Source: a bacterium (lineage in GTDB: Bacteria; RBG-13-61-14; DATKZS01). Taken from it: a stretch of 64,000 bases of DNA. Shown here in pieces: positions 1 to 8,814 of the stretch; the first letter of the stretch is position 1, and each line of letters begins with the position of its first letter. Below the pieces are notes generated by a model. The model was not told the origin of the DNA and ran no database searches. It saw nothing but the letters and a program-made list of their open reading frames with translations. The stretch is from positions 960,001-1,024,000 of the forward strand of contig CAXXFL010000006.1 of NCBI GenBank assembly GCA_963674965.2, written 5' to 3'. The position numbers and the translations under genes are program-made.

Positions 1-612
1 GCCTGCGTGTCTGAAAGATTCCGGGTCCTTCACTACGTGGCCCAGGTCGCGAACAATGTCTTCCACGCCCTTGCCCGTGGCGATCCCCGAGAACACCACC
101 CGCTTGATCCCGTCCGCGAGCTCCCGGTTTACGTCCCCAGCCAGGATCAGGTTGTAATTGGTCATGAAGTCGAGCGCGTCGGTGTCGACCAGGGTGAAGA
201 CTTTGGTTGAGAGCTTATCTATGCCGTCGGGCTTGAGGTCTCGGTAGAAGGGCAGTTGGGCCGAGGCGAATTCATCGATGCCCTGGTAGATGCCCTGACG
301 GAAGGACGCCTTGGCCGCTTTCTTGAACCGAAGGGTCTGCTCCTTGCGAAGCGTGGCGGTGATCGACTGGAGATCGGCTTCGAGTTTCTTGAGGCCCTCT
401 ACAGCCGCGAGCTTGTTGTCGGGAAGAGATCCGAGCGTCTTATAGTGGAGAATGACCTTTCGGACCTCAGCCTCGGCGTCGGCCAGAGTTTCAGTAAGAT
501 CAGCGGCCACCTGTTCGGAGTAGAGGTTCCTGTGCTTGACGCTCCGCTCCGTGGCCTGGCGGATGGCTTCGGCTTGTGAAAGTGATGTGCTCGCGGCCAG
601 GGATGAGAGCAT
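1..612 (-). CDS. Phage head morphogenesis / minor capsid protein (SPP1 gp7 / Mu gpF-like), runs off the window
   Basis: Manually translated open frame from ATG at 612 (MLSSLAASTSLSQAEAIRQATERS...GIKRVVFSGIATGKGVEDIVRDL...). Absent from the ORF track because it has no stop; lies 12 bp after the portal stop. Confidence 0.7.
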   Translation of the reverse strand, partial: MLSSLAASTSLSQAEAIRQATERSVKHRNLYSEQVAADLTETLADAEAEVRKVILHYKTLGSLPDNKLAAVEGLKKLEADLQSITATLRKEQTLRFKKAAKASFRQGIYQGIDEFASAQLPFYRDLKPDGIDKLSTKVFTLVDTDALDFMTNYNLILAGDVNRELADGIKRVVFSGIATGKGVEDIVRDLGHVVKDPESFRHAG

Positions 613-624
613 GGCGAATCCCGC

Positions 625-2151
625 TTAGCCTGGCGAGATCATGCGGGTATCGAAAAAGCGGCAGGCCTGTGAATCGAAAGTTGTCTCGGACTTCCTGGCC
701 CGGCAGTAGTTCCTCTCCTCGTCGAAGTGGGAACAGGAATCGCAGATTTCATTCGAGGCGTTGGCCTGAGCATACGAGCCTTCCAGTGAAGAACCTCCTG
801 CGCTGTTATCCTTGGGGTCCAGGCCCAGCATCTTCTGGGCGACCTCGACACCCATGATCCCGGCCATGACCATGTCCACGATGGGCTTTATCTGCTTTTC
901 GTCGAGCATGTCCAGGACTTTTTTCTCGCTCTCGCGGTTGGCGGACTCGATCTCCGGGTCCAGGTCCATCTTGAGTTGGAGGCTGGCGCGGCTGATGAGC
1001 TTGCGGTCATAAAGCTCGATGAGCAGGCGCTTGAAGTCCACGGCGTCGCTTGGGTCAAGATCGTTGAACAGGAACTGGATGGACTTGTCCTTATAACCCT
1101 TGAGTTCCATCCAGTCGTCGAACACCCAGGCAAGGATTTCGCGGGCCGCCTGCTTGATCTCCCGGATCATGACCAGCATCTTCTGGAGGCTCACCGAGGC
1201 CGTTGCGAAGTTGGGACCGTCGCCCGTCACCAGCGAGCGGGACAGGCCGAGCGCCACCATGATGTCTTCCTTGACCTCCTTGACCTTGTCCTCTGCGTTC
1301 AGGACCTGGCCTTCCGTCCCGTGGGTCTCGACCGTGACGTAAAAGGGGACCACCAGCCCGCTCTTCATGTCCATCTTGTTCACCAGATCCCGGACTTTTT
1401 CCAGCATGGGCTGGTCGGGCATGACCATCTTCTGGCCGAACGCGCCCCCGACCTTGATCAGCCGGAAGGGAGTGGCCCAGCGCTTGGCGATGGCCTGCTC
1501 AGCCCGGCGATAGTCCCGAAGCAGTTCAATGGATTGAAAAGCGGGGAGCACCAGTGAGTTGCCGCGCGGTGAAAAGGGAGGCGCGTCCCATTTTAGGTGG
1601 AGTACCTGTTCAACCGGCAGGTCAATCGGGTCGCCGATTCCTCCGGAGTCCTCGGGATACTGCTTCGCCTCGGTCAGTTCGCCGTTCTCATACTTCACCT
1701 TGACCGACACCGGGTTTACGCACACTACTTCCTCGATGTCCTTGCCGCCCTTGACATAGCTCTTGAATCCGATGGCGTCGCCCTTGACCAGGAGTTGGAG
1801 GATCATGTCCTTAACAAAGGTCGAGACGCTGACGCGGTCCCCCAGGTCGGCGGCTTCATCCTTAAGACCTTCATCGTCGCTGGTGACCTTTATCTCGTCT
1901 CCCACCGCGAAGGTCCGCCACGAGTTGACACAGTTCTTGACCAGCGGCTCTTCAAGGTAATACTCCCAGGCTTTGCGGGCGCGCTCTTCCCAGGTAACGG
2001 GAATGGCATCCTTGCCGATCACCGAACTAAAGACAGAGGAGTCCAGTGCCGCCGCCGTGGCCATGGGGACCACAACCATGCCCTGGGATTCAAGGTCGTC
2101 GCTCACAACTTTTCCTTTTCCTTCCACTCGAACCTCTCTTGTACTGGCCAT
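625..2151 (-). CDS. Phage portal protein with a Cys-rich C-terminal tail
   Basis: About 508 aa from the probable ATG at 2151 (ORF track extends to 2274). Lies between terL and the head gene; portal-like segments (VLHLKWD...RGNSLV; IMVALGLSRSLVTGDGPNFATAS). Confidence 0.8.
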   Translation of the reverse strand: MASTREVRVEGKGKVVSDDLESQGMVVVPMATAAALDSSVFSSVIGKDAIPVTWEERARKAWEYYLEEPLVKNCVNSWRTFAVGDEIKVTSDDEGLKDEAADLGDRVSVSTFVKDMILQLLVKGDAIGFKSYVKGGKDIEEVVCVNPVSVKVKYENGELTEAKQYPEDSGGIGDPIDLPVEQVLHLKWDAPPFSPRGNSLVLPAFQSIELLRDYRRAEQAIAKRWATPFRLIKVGGAFGQKMVMPDQPMLEKVRDLVNKMDMKSGLVVPFYVTVETHGTEGQVLNAEDKVKEVKEDIMVALGLSRSLVTGDGPNFATASVSLQKMLVMIREIKQAAREILAWVFDDWMELKGYKDKSIQFLFNDLDPSDAVDFKRLLIELYDRKLISRASLQLKMDLDPEIESANRESEKKVLDMLDEKQIKPIVDMVMAGIMGVEVAQKMLGLDPKDNSAGGSSLEGSYAQANASNEICDSCSHFDEERNYCRARKSETTFDSQACRFFDTRMISPG

Positions 2152-2195
2152 GTGAGCGCCACATTCGCGCCCTGTGGCGAGATAATGGACCTGCT

Positions 2196-2230
2196 GGTTA
2201 TATACCGGCGCAAAAGTAAAAGTGTCGGAA
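2196..2230 (-). promoter_or_regulatory. Phage bipartite motif, copy 1 (upstream of portal)
   Basis: Plus strand ggttatatacc-N15-gtgtcggaa. Confidence 0.75.
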
Positions 2231-2437
2231 AAAAGTGGATGTATAGCCCAAAAAGTTCTCGGAAGGATGTTCAAGGGGGAATGAAACTATTTAATTAGCA
2301 GATGGCTTAATGACAGTTTTACTCTCGGATTTATGGTTTGCACTAAACCTGTCTGCAACTTTATGGAACATGATAACCGAGAATAAAGGTTTCCAGTTAG
2401 ATGCTTAACCGGTATTAAATTTTATCAGTCTTGAGCT

Positions 2438-2500
2438 TTTTTGACAATCAGGCCAGATAAGGCTAATAACATTGATTCTTTAGTTCCTGTTTGTCAAAAA
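2438..2500. promoter_or_regulatory. Inverted repeat in the abiE promoter (candidate AbiEi operator)
   Basis: tttttgacaatcagg (2438-2452) / cctgtttgtcaaaaa (2486-2500), 14/15 complementary; further tttgaca and tgtcaaaa half-sites near 2514 and 2566. Confidence 0.6.
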
Positions 2501-2564
2501 TGACTCCATATTGTTTGACAAATAAGCTATTTAGGATTAAATTTATTAATACCAATTACACGGC

Positions 2565-3392
2565 GTGTCAAAAAATGGATTAATAGAAATGTTAAACGAG
2601 TTTCTGTCTCAGCGCGATGTTTTCACTGTCGATGAGTTCGACCGTTATCTTTCGGAGAATGGTTCGGGCAACTTCAACACCAGAAAATCCCTCTTGAATT
2701 ACTACCGAAAGCAAGGCCGAATAATACCAGTGCGACGAGGTTTGTATGCTGTTGTCCGTCACGGGAACTCTCCAGACTCAAGCCCTGTTGATCCCTTCCT
2801 CTTGGCCTCAAAAATGACCAGGGATGCCGTGCTTGCATACCATACGGCGCTTGAATTCCATGGTAAGGCATACTCGGTTTTTACCAGGCTTCACTACCTC
2901 TCTCGGCACAAATCTCAGCCTCTAAAGTTTCGATCATACGAAATCAAGGGAGTGCCTTTTCCCCGGCCACTAATAGCAACAGGCAAGGAGATGTTCGGGG
3001 TCGAGACTTCCAGTCGTTCCGGAGTTGAAGTGAGAGTGACCGGCCTGGAAAGAACTATGGCCGACGTGCTTGATCGGCCGGAATTGACCGGTTCTTGGGA
3101 GGAGATATGGCGTTCCCTTGAGTCAGTAGAGTTTTTCGATTTGAATCAATTGGTCAAATACGTCGAGTTGCTGGGTAACGCGACGACTGCGGCAAAGGTT
3201 GGATTCTTTCTCGATCAGCACAGGGAATCCCTCATGGTCGAGGAAACGCATCTTGAGCCGTTACGAAAGCTGCTGTCCCGCCAACCTCACTACTTGATAC
3301 GGGGCAAGCGCAAGGGCAGCAAATGGGTCAAAGACTGGAACTTGATGGTCCCCGCTGAAATACTAGATAGAACCTGGAGTGAAGTATTATGA
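2565..3392 (+). CDS. abiEi: Type IV TA antitoxin, AbiEi family transcriptional regulator
   Basis: N-terminal wHTH (GRIIPVRRGLY), LAYHTALEFHG, VRVTGLERTMAD; overlaps the toxin by 4 bp. Confidence 0.85.
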   Translation: MSKNGLIEMLNEFLSQRDVFTVDEFDRYLSENGSGNFNTRKSLLNYYRKQGRIIPVRRGLYAVVRHGNSPDSSPVDPFLLASKMTRDAVLAYHTALEFHGKAYSVFTRLHYLSRHKSQPLKFRSYEIKGVPFPRPLIATGKEMFGVETSSRSGVEVRVTGLERTMADVLDRPELTGSWEEIWRSLESVEFFDLNQLVKYVELLGNATTAAKVGFFLDQHRESLMVEETHLEPLRKLLSRQPHYLIRGKRKGSKWVKDWNLMVPAEILDRTWSEVL

Positions 3393-4363
3393 TCCTTTCC
3401 CAATCAGAGTTGCTCCCCATTGCCGAATCAACGGGCTTCAATGCCAATGTTGTCGAGAAGGTCGTCCACCTAATAAACCTCTTGAACAAGCTGAACTCGC
3501 ATCCATATCTCACCGGTAAGCTGGTCTTAAAAGGTGGGTCCGCGCTGAACCTTTTCATCTTCGATCTGCCCCGATTGTCCGTGGATATCGACCTCAATTA
3601 CGTGGGGGCCATCGAGCGTGAGGCAATGCTCGAGGAGAGGCCGAAGGTGGACCATGCAGTTCAAGCCGTATTTTCAAGGGAGGGGTTCGCGGTCAGGAAA
3701 ATACCCGAGGATCACGCTGGAGGAAAGTATCGATTAAACTACCAGAGCTTTGCCGGACAGTCAGGGAATCTCGAAGTAGACTTGAACTTCATGTTCAGAG
3801 AGCCACTCTTTGAGTTGCAGACTCTCGACTCACGACCTTTGGGCGCCTTTGTCGCGAACCATATTCCCGTCCTTGATGTGCACGAACTGGCAGCCGGAAA
3901 ACTGGCCGCTCTTTTCGCAAGGCGCCAGGCGCGGGATATCTTTGATGCCCACCAAATACTCTGCAACACCGATTTGAACCAAGACCGATTGCGAACGGGA
4001 TTCATCGTTTACGGAGCGCTGAATCGAAAGGACTGGCGGACGATATCTTTGGAAGACGTTGCATTTGATAGCAATGAGTTGGAAAGGATGTTGATCCCGC
4101 TTCTCCATTCCGGTATGGCCGTCGGGGAAGAGGATTTTTCAGAATACGCTAAGCGGCTGGTAAGAGAATGTCAGGACAAGCTGGCGATTGTATTCCCCTT
4201 CAAGGAAAAAGAAACAGAGTTTTTGGATCTCATCCTATCCAAGGGAGAAATAAAACCATCCTTGATAGCATCCGATGACGTTCTACAGAGCAGAATTGCA
4301 AGGCATCCCATGTTACTTTGGAAAGCGATGAATGTACGCAAGCATTTCGGTCTTGATAAGTAG
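3389..4363 (+). CDS. abiEii: Type IV TA toxin, AbiEii nucleotidyltransferase
   Basis: LVLKGGSALN...RLSVDIDL NTase motif; KLAAL..RRQARDIFD. Confidence 0.9.
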   Translation: MILSQSELLPIAESTGFNANVVEKVVHLINLLNKLNSHPYLTGKLVLKGGSALNLFIFDLPRLSVDIDLNYVGAIEREAMLEERPKVDHAVQAVFSREGFAVRKIPEDHAGGKYRLNYQSFAGQSGNLEVDLNFMFREPLFELQTLDSRPLGAFVANHIPVLDVHELAAGKLAALFARRQARDIFDAHQILCNTDLNQDRLRTGFIVYGALNRKDWRTISLEDVAFDSNELERMLIPLLHSGMAVGEEDFSEYAKRLVRECQDKLAIVFPFKEKETEFLDLILSKGEIKPSLIASDDVLQSRIARHPMLLWKAMNVRKHFGLDK

Positions 4364-4385
4364 CTCAAGAAAATTTTCTAAACAC

Positions 4386-5912
4386 TCAGATAAACACCGG
4401 CTCCGTTATCAGCGGAGCCAGTGATACCATTTCCTCTCGTCCCTGCCCAAGGTTACCCTGCTCCCTGGCGAGCACCGCGCAGCGGACCGCGTCGATTATA
4501 TGATCGTTGCCCTTCGAATAGATCACCTTGCCGTCCCGGAGCGTGTAGGTATGGGTCGTGAACTGGTCCTCGATCTCCATGTCATCAGCAGGGAAGATTA
4601 TCTGCTTGCGTTGGAGCCCCCCGTTGATAAGGCTGGTCATCAACTCCTTCGTTCGTTTCTTGACCTCGCGCCCGTCCCGAACCGCCAGGGTGGTCATCCC
4701 GCCGAAGTCGAAGCCGTTCAGCCGTCCCTCAAGCTGGAGAGACTTGTACTTGTCGAGGGTGAGTAGCTCCTGCACTACGGCCAGCCCATTGCCTCCGTTA
4801 TCCACTCCGATCCCGACGGGGGTGAAGTACCGGTCGAGGAGGCCGATAGTCTGGGCTATGTGCGGATAGGTGACATGCTCCATGTGTACGCGCAGGATCA
4901 GCTTTATCACCGAGCGTTCCCCCACCTCCATCTCGCGGAAGACCACGATCTCGGTCGGGTCGTTGGTGTAACCGAGGTCGCCCCCGATCCAGAACATTCC
5001 TGTCTGGGGCATGAGGTTGAGAAGCATCTCCAGCCGGTCGTGGGCCGCCTCCTCGGTCTCGCAGTTCTTGAGCTCGTCGCCGGTGATAACCACCTTCTGG
5101 TATTCCAGGAGTTCCTGGCGGCACAGGTTCAGGTACTCGATGTTGAAAGCTCCATAGGAAGGCTTGCCGTGCTCGCCCGCCACTTCGTGCTGCCAGCCCG
5201 CGCTGTCCTTGCCCCCATAGAACTCGATCAACTCCGCCTCGCGCCGTTCGTTCCAGGCCGGGTTCAGCCACGAGGGCCAGCGGAACACGGTGAACTGCTC
5301 CGAACTCGTTAGACGGTAATAGGTCGTGTTCCGGAGGCCGTTCGGGGTCGAGTAGATGCGGAGCTTGCCCTCGGCCTTGAGACACTGGCGCAGGGCCTTC
5401 CAGGCCTTCTCGGACAGCCACGCCCCTTCGTCCACCCATATCCGGTCAACGTGCAGGGAACGGAACGAATCGCCGTATGCTCCAGCCGGACGGAAATAAA
5501 GGATCGTCCCGTTGGCGAATTCCAACCGGAAGTAAGGCTTCCTGTGAATCTTGGGCTTGCCGTACTTGGTGATGGCCACGCTGTCCATCAGGTCGGAGTT
5601 GGCTTCCAACTGGAACTCGATCTCTTCGATCAAAGTGTCGAGGTGGCCCTGGTGGGGAGCCGCGATTAGTCCCTGGCCGCCCGTGGTGATAAAGGCGAAG
5701 TGCAGCGCGTCGGTGGTGATGTTTACGCTCTTCCCTGCATCCCTTCCGTCAAGGTGGATTACATTCCTGTCCCTGCAGCGCAGGTCCTCCACCTGGTGGG
5801 ACCAGTAATCGCGGGCGGTCCCGTCCCGGTTCTTCAGGTACGCCTGGCCCCACCGGACCGGGTCCAGCAGGGTCTCCGCCAGTTTGCGGTCCCTGGCTTT
5901 CAGCGTTGCCAT
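4386..5912 (-). CDS. Terminase large subunit
   Basis: GRDAGKS (Walker A-like), WVDEG (Walker B), YSTPNG coupling motif, GGDLG..NDPT and NDHIIDA RNase H-like nuclease motifs. Confidence 0.9.
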   Translation of the reverse strand: MATLKARDRKLAETLLDPVRWGQAYLKNRDGTARDYWSHQVEDLRCRDRNVIHLDGRDAGKSVNITTDALHFAFITTGGQGLIAAPHQGHLDTLIEEIEFQLEANSDLMDSVAITKYGKPKIHRKPYFRLEFANGTILYFRPAGAYGDSFRSLHVDRIWVDEGAWLSEKAWKALRQCLKAEGKLRIYSTPNGLRNTTYYRLTSSEQFTVFRWPSWLNPAWNERREAELIEFYGGKDSAGWQHEVAGEHGKPSYGAFNIEYLNLCRQELLEYQKVVITGDELKNCETEEAAHDRLEMLLNLMPQTGMFWIGGDLGYTNDPTEIVVFREMEVGERSVIKLILRVHMEHVTYPHIAQTIGLLDRYFTPVGIGVDNGGNGLAVVQELLTLDKYKSLQLEGRLNGFDFGGMTTLAVRDGREVKKRTKELMTSLINGGLQRKQIIFPADDMEIEDQFTTHTYTLRDGKVIYSKGNDHIIDAVRCAVLAREQGNLGQGREEMVSLAPLITEPVFI

Positions 5913-6049
5913 GGGCTTGTCTCCCGGCCTCCGGCGCTGGTTACATCTTCTTCAGAAAGGCCTTGACTTCCGGCCCAATGGAAGCGTGTATGTGAATGCG
6001 CCGACATGATCGGAAAGCGCGATAAAAGACCAACTGAGAGGAGGCACGC

Positions 6050-6238
6050 ATGAAACGAAAGGATGTCCAGGTCGGACGGACCTACCTGGTCAAGGTATCC
6101 GGAAAACTCGTCCCCGTGAGGCTCGACGCCGAGCATCCCAGTGGGGGCTGGACAGGAACCAACAAGGAAACGCGGAGACAGGTCCGGGTCCGGACCGCCG
6201 CCAGACTGCGGTGTGAATACGCCGCGAACCGTAACTGA
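6050..6238 (+). CDS. Small basic hypothetical protein (62 aa, possibly SH3-like)
   Basis: Strong SD (gaggagg) before the ATG; first gene of the antisense cassette; TTGACT -35-like element near 5963. Confidence 0.65.
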   Translation: MKRKDVQVGRTYLVKVSGKLVPVRLDAEHPSGGWTGTNKETRRQVRVRTAARLRCEYAANRN

Positions 6239-6253
6239 GAAAGGAGAACGATC

Positions 6254-6655
6254 ATGGCAGAAACTCTTCATCAGGCCGCCGAGGCCTACCTGGAACACCT
6301 CAAGTCCCAGGGGAAAAAGGATCGAACAATTTACACCTACGGAAAAGACTTCCAACTCATCGAGGCCCACTTCGGGGCGGACCGGAAGCTCGACACCATC
6401 CTGCCCCAGCACGTGGGAAAGTTCTTCAAGTCCGACGACCTGCTCAAGCTCCCCAGCGGAAAAGAGCGAGCCAGGCCCACCGTTGACAAGACCATGCGAG
6501 TGATGCGCATGTTCCTGGTCTGGGCCAAGGAGACCGGAAGGATCAACAAGCTCCCGCTCCCCAAGGACACGCCCATGGGACACAGCGCCAAGAAGGACCA
6601 GCAGGATGACACAGGAAAGAAACGAAAGACCGCTCAGGCTGCTGCCCAGTCCTGA
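6254..6655 (+). CDS. Stand-alone integrase N-terminal SAM-like (core-binding) domain protein
   Basis: SD aaggag; AAEAYLEHLKSQGKKDRTIYTYGKD...TVDKTMRVMRMFLVWA pattern; no catalytic domain. Confidence 0.7.
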   Translation: MAETLHQAAEAYLEHLKSQGKKDRTIYTYGKDFQLIEAHFGADRKLDTILPQHVGKFFKSDDLLKLPSGKERARPTVDKTMRVMRMFLVWAKETGRINKLPLPKDTPMGHSAKKDQQDDTGKKRKTAQAAAQS

Positions 6656-7553
6656 ACCAATCAAGGAGGCGATCCGCGCCTTCTCCCTGAGACTCGAGGC
6701 TGACGGACGCTCGCCGAACACAATCAGCGCATACCAGCGAGACCTCATGACCCTGGCCCGGGTGCTGACCGAACAGCGCCCGGGTCTTTCAATGGACCGA
6801 ATAAAGCCGGGGATACTGGACGAGGCCATCACCTCGCCGGTGATCTCCCGCACATCGCAAGGAAAGCCACGCTCGCCCGCGTCCATGCACCGATTCAAGG
6901 CCGCGCTCCGCTCGTTCTTCGCCTGGGCCGAGGATACCGGCCTGGTCCCGGAGAACCCGGCCCGGTCGATCAACCTGCGCAGGCTTCCCCGCAAGCCTCC
7001 CGCCTTCCTGACCGAAGCCGAGAAGAAGCGGCTCCTCAAGGAGCTTCGGGGACGGACATCGCCCTTGGCCAGGCGGGACCGGCTTATCATCGAGATGTTC
7101 CTGGGGACCGGCATCCGGCTCCAGGAGCTCGTGGACCTCGACATCGAGGACGTGGACCTGGACGCCAAGCATCTCCGGGTCCGCCAGGCCAAAGGCAATG
7201 TGCCGCAGGTCAAGTTCCTCAAAACCGACCTCCGCTCATTTTTGCGCTCCCACCTTGTGGAGCGCCGTCGGCAGGGAACCGGGGAGTGCTCCGCGCTGTT
7301 CCTCTCCAACCGGGGGACGCGCCTTTCTCCGCGCCAGGTGGCCCGGAGGCTGGCTGTGTGGCTCGAAGCCGCCGGAATCGATAAACACCTTAGCCCCCAC
7401 GCCCTGCGCCACACGTTCGCCACACACCTCTACAGCAGGAACGGGGACATCCTGGTGGTCCAGCGAGCCCTTGGCCATCGGGACCTCTCCACAACCCAGA
7501 TTTACACCCACCTCGTGGACGGCGTTCTGGAGGAGGCCATCGAGCGCCTTTGA
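6606..7553 (+). CDS. XerC/D-like tyrosine recombinase
   Basis: Full catalytic set: GIRLQEL (R), AKGN (K), HALRH (HxxR), LGH, TTQIY (Y). Confidence 0.92.
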   Translation: MTQERNERPLRLLPSPEPIKEAIRAFSLRLEADGRSPNTISAYQRDLMTLARVLTEQRPGLSMDRIKPGILDEAITSPVISRTSQGKPRSPASMHRFKAALRSFFAWAEDTGLVPENPARSINLRRLPRKPPAFLTEAEKKRLLKELRGRTSPLARRDRLIIEMFLGTGIRLQELVDLDIEDVDLDAKHLRVRQAKGNVPQVKFLKTDLRSFLRSHLVERRRQGTGECSALFLSNRGTRLSPRQVARRLAVWLEAAGIDKHLSPHALRHTFATHLYSRNGDILVVQRALGHRDLSTTQIYTHLVDGVLEEAIERL

Positions 7554-7564
7554 GCGCCCGGCCT

Positions 7565-7927
7565 TCATCGTCCTTCCCCTTGGGAAATTTCCATTAACAC
7601 ATTCTTCATTCTGGTCCGCAGTCGCTTGATCCTTCGCCATGCAAAAAACGACCAGCCCATCACGTCCAGGATTTCCTGCTCGACCTCGTCGAGGATTTCA
7701 ACCGAGGAGCGCCGCAGGGTGGATTCCCCATACTCGACCGCTCCACGCTCCAGCCTCCGTTCAACCAGGGAGACGAACTCGCGCCATTCGCTGGCCAGGT
7801 CCTGGCTCATTCCCGGTTCCTGGATACCCAGGAACACGTCATATCCGACCTTATCTCCCATCCGGTGCTCCCTAACCCTTTGAAACAAGCGGCCCTTGCT
7901 TTTCGGACCGCCGGTGTTATCCGCCAT
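7565..7927 (-). CDS. Hypothetical phage protein (all-alpha, possibly MazG/NTP-pyrophosphatase-like)
   Basis: RLERGAVEYG...LDEVEQEILD acidic helix; start uncertain (7927, 7861 or 7810). Confidence 0.55.
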   Translation of the reverse strand: MADNTGGPKSKGRLFQRVREHRMGDKVGYDVFLGIQEPGMSQDLASEWREFVSLVERRLERGAVEYGESTLRRSSVEILDEVEQEILDVMGWSFFAWRRIKRLRTRMKNVLMEISQGEGR

Positions 7928-8447
7928 CTTTTTTGCGTTTTCGTTTTTTGGCGGGCTTGTCCTTGCCGTCTTTCTTCTCGTCCGCCAGCGTCTTGACCAA
8001 CTTGCTCGCCCATTCAGCGGGGGTGGCGGCCCGCTTCGAGGCGGGATCGGTCTCGCGGGTGATCTTGGTGGTCTTCAAATCCTTGAGGTGACAGCGGATC
8101 ATCCGGTCCAGCCGCTCGGCCGCGTCCCAGTTGCCCTCTTCCTGCGCCCGACTCAGCTTGATGAAGTAAACCGCCACCAGCTCCACCTGCATGAAGTCCG
8201 AGCTCTTGTTGAACACAAAGTCCTTGTAAAGCTGCGCAATGATCTTGTCGAAGATCTTCTTCTCGTCTTCGGCCAGGAAGCGGCTCGCGTAAATGCCGTG
8301 GTTGATGCTATTGAGGTTGCCCTCGGGCGCGCTACGGCCTCGCCCTCGCACCTTCTCGTTGCGGACCCACTTGTCCAGTTCCACCTCGTCGCTCTTGCAA
8401 AGCGTCTTGTCCTGGTCATTGTCTTTCTGTTCATTCATGCTTGTCAT
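7917..8447 (-). CDS. Probable terminase small subunit
   Basis: APEGNLNSINHGIY matches the GNxNAxKHG motif of many TerS proteins; upstream of terL on the same strand. Confidence 0.6.
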   Translation of the reverse strand: MTSMNEQKDNDQDKTLCKSDEVELDKWVRNEKVRGRGRSAPEGNLNSINHGIYASRFLAEDEKKIFDKIIAQLYKDFVFNKSSDFMQVELVAVYFIKLSRAQEEGNWDAAERLDRMIRCHLKDLKTTKITRETDPASKRAATPAEWASKLVKTLADEKKDGKDKPAKKRKRKKDGG

Positions 8448-8814
8448 TTTCGATTTCTTGGTCCGATGCCTCCGACTCGGGCGGGAAATCCGAATTTAGC
8501 GGATTTCCCTCACCGCTTTCTGGCGCGCCTTCTACTGGATTACATACCGGAAACGAATCGAAAGTGTCGGAACTTTTTTCATCGGACCGCTCCTTTTTTA
8601 GAATCTGGTGGACCCGGCGGGGAGAAATTCCGGCCAGCCGCGCGATCTTCTTGACGGGCACGCCCTCGTCCTTGAGGGCCAGCACGAGCTTCTTGCGCTC
8701 GGCATAGAACATCTTGCTGCTCGGCACCCAGAGCAGGCCGGTGAAGTGGGATTGCACCGCCTCGACCAGGTCGGGCGGCAGCACGGCATGAGCGCAGGCA
8801 TAGCGTTTTTTCAT
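8431..8814 (-). CDS. HTH protein, Mor/CD3324-like activator
   Basis: YACAHAVLPPDLVEAVQSHFTGLLWVP plus HTH (VKKIARLAGISPRRVHQIL); ATG at 8814 overlaps the upstream stop. Confidence 0.65.
   Translation of the reverse strand: MKKRYACAHAVLPPDLVEAVQSHFTGLLWVPSSKMFYAERKKLVLALKDEGVPVKKIARLAGISPRRVHQILKKERSDEKSSDTFDSFPVCNPVEGAPESGEGNPLNSDFPPESEASDQEIENDKHE
8537..8572 (-). promoter_or_regulatory. Phage bipartite motif, copy 2 (upstream of terS-like gene)
   Basis: Plus strand ggattacatacc-N15-gtgtcggaa. Confidence 0.75.

Noticed and set aside
5900-7423. 507-aa minus-strand ORF spanning the recombinase cassette
   Set aside because: Arg/Ser-rich, no recognisable motifs, and antisense to three well-supported genes.
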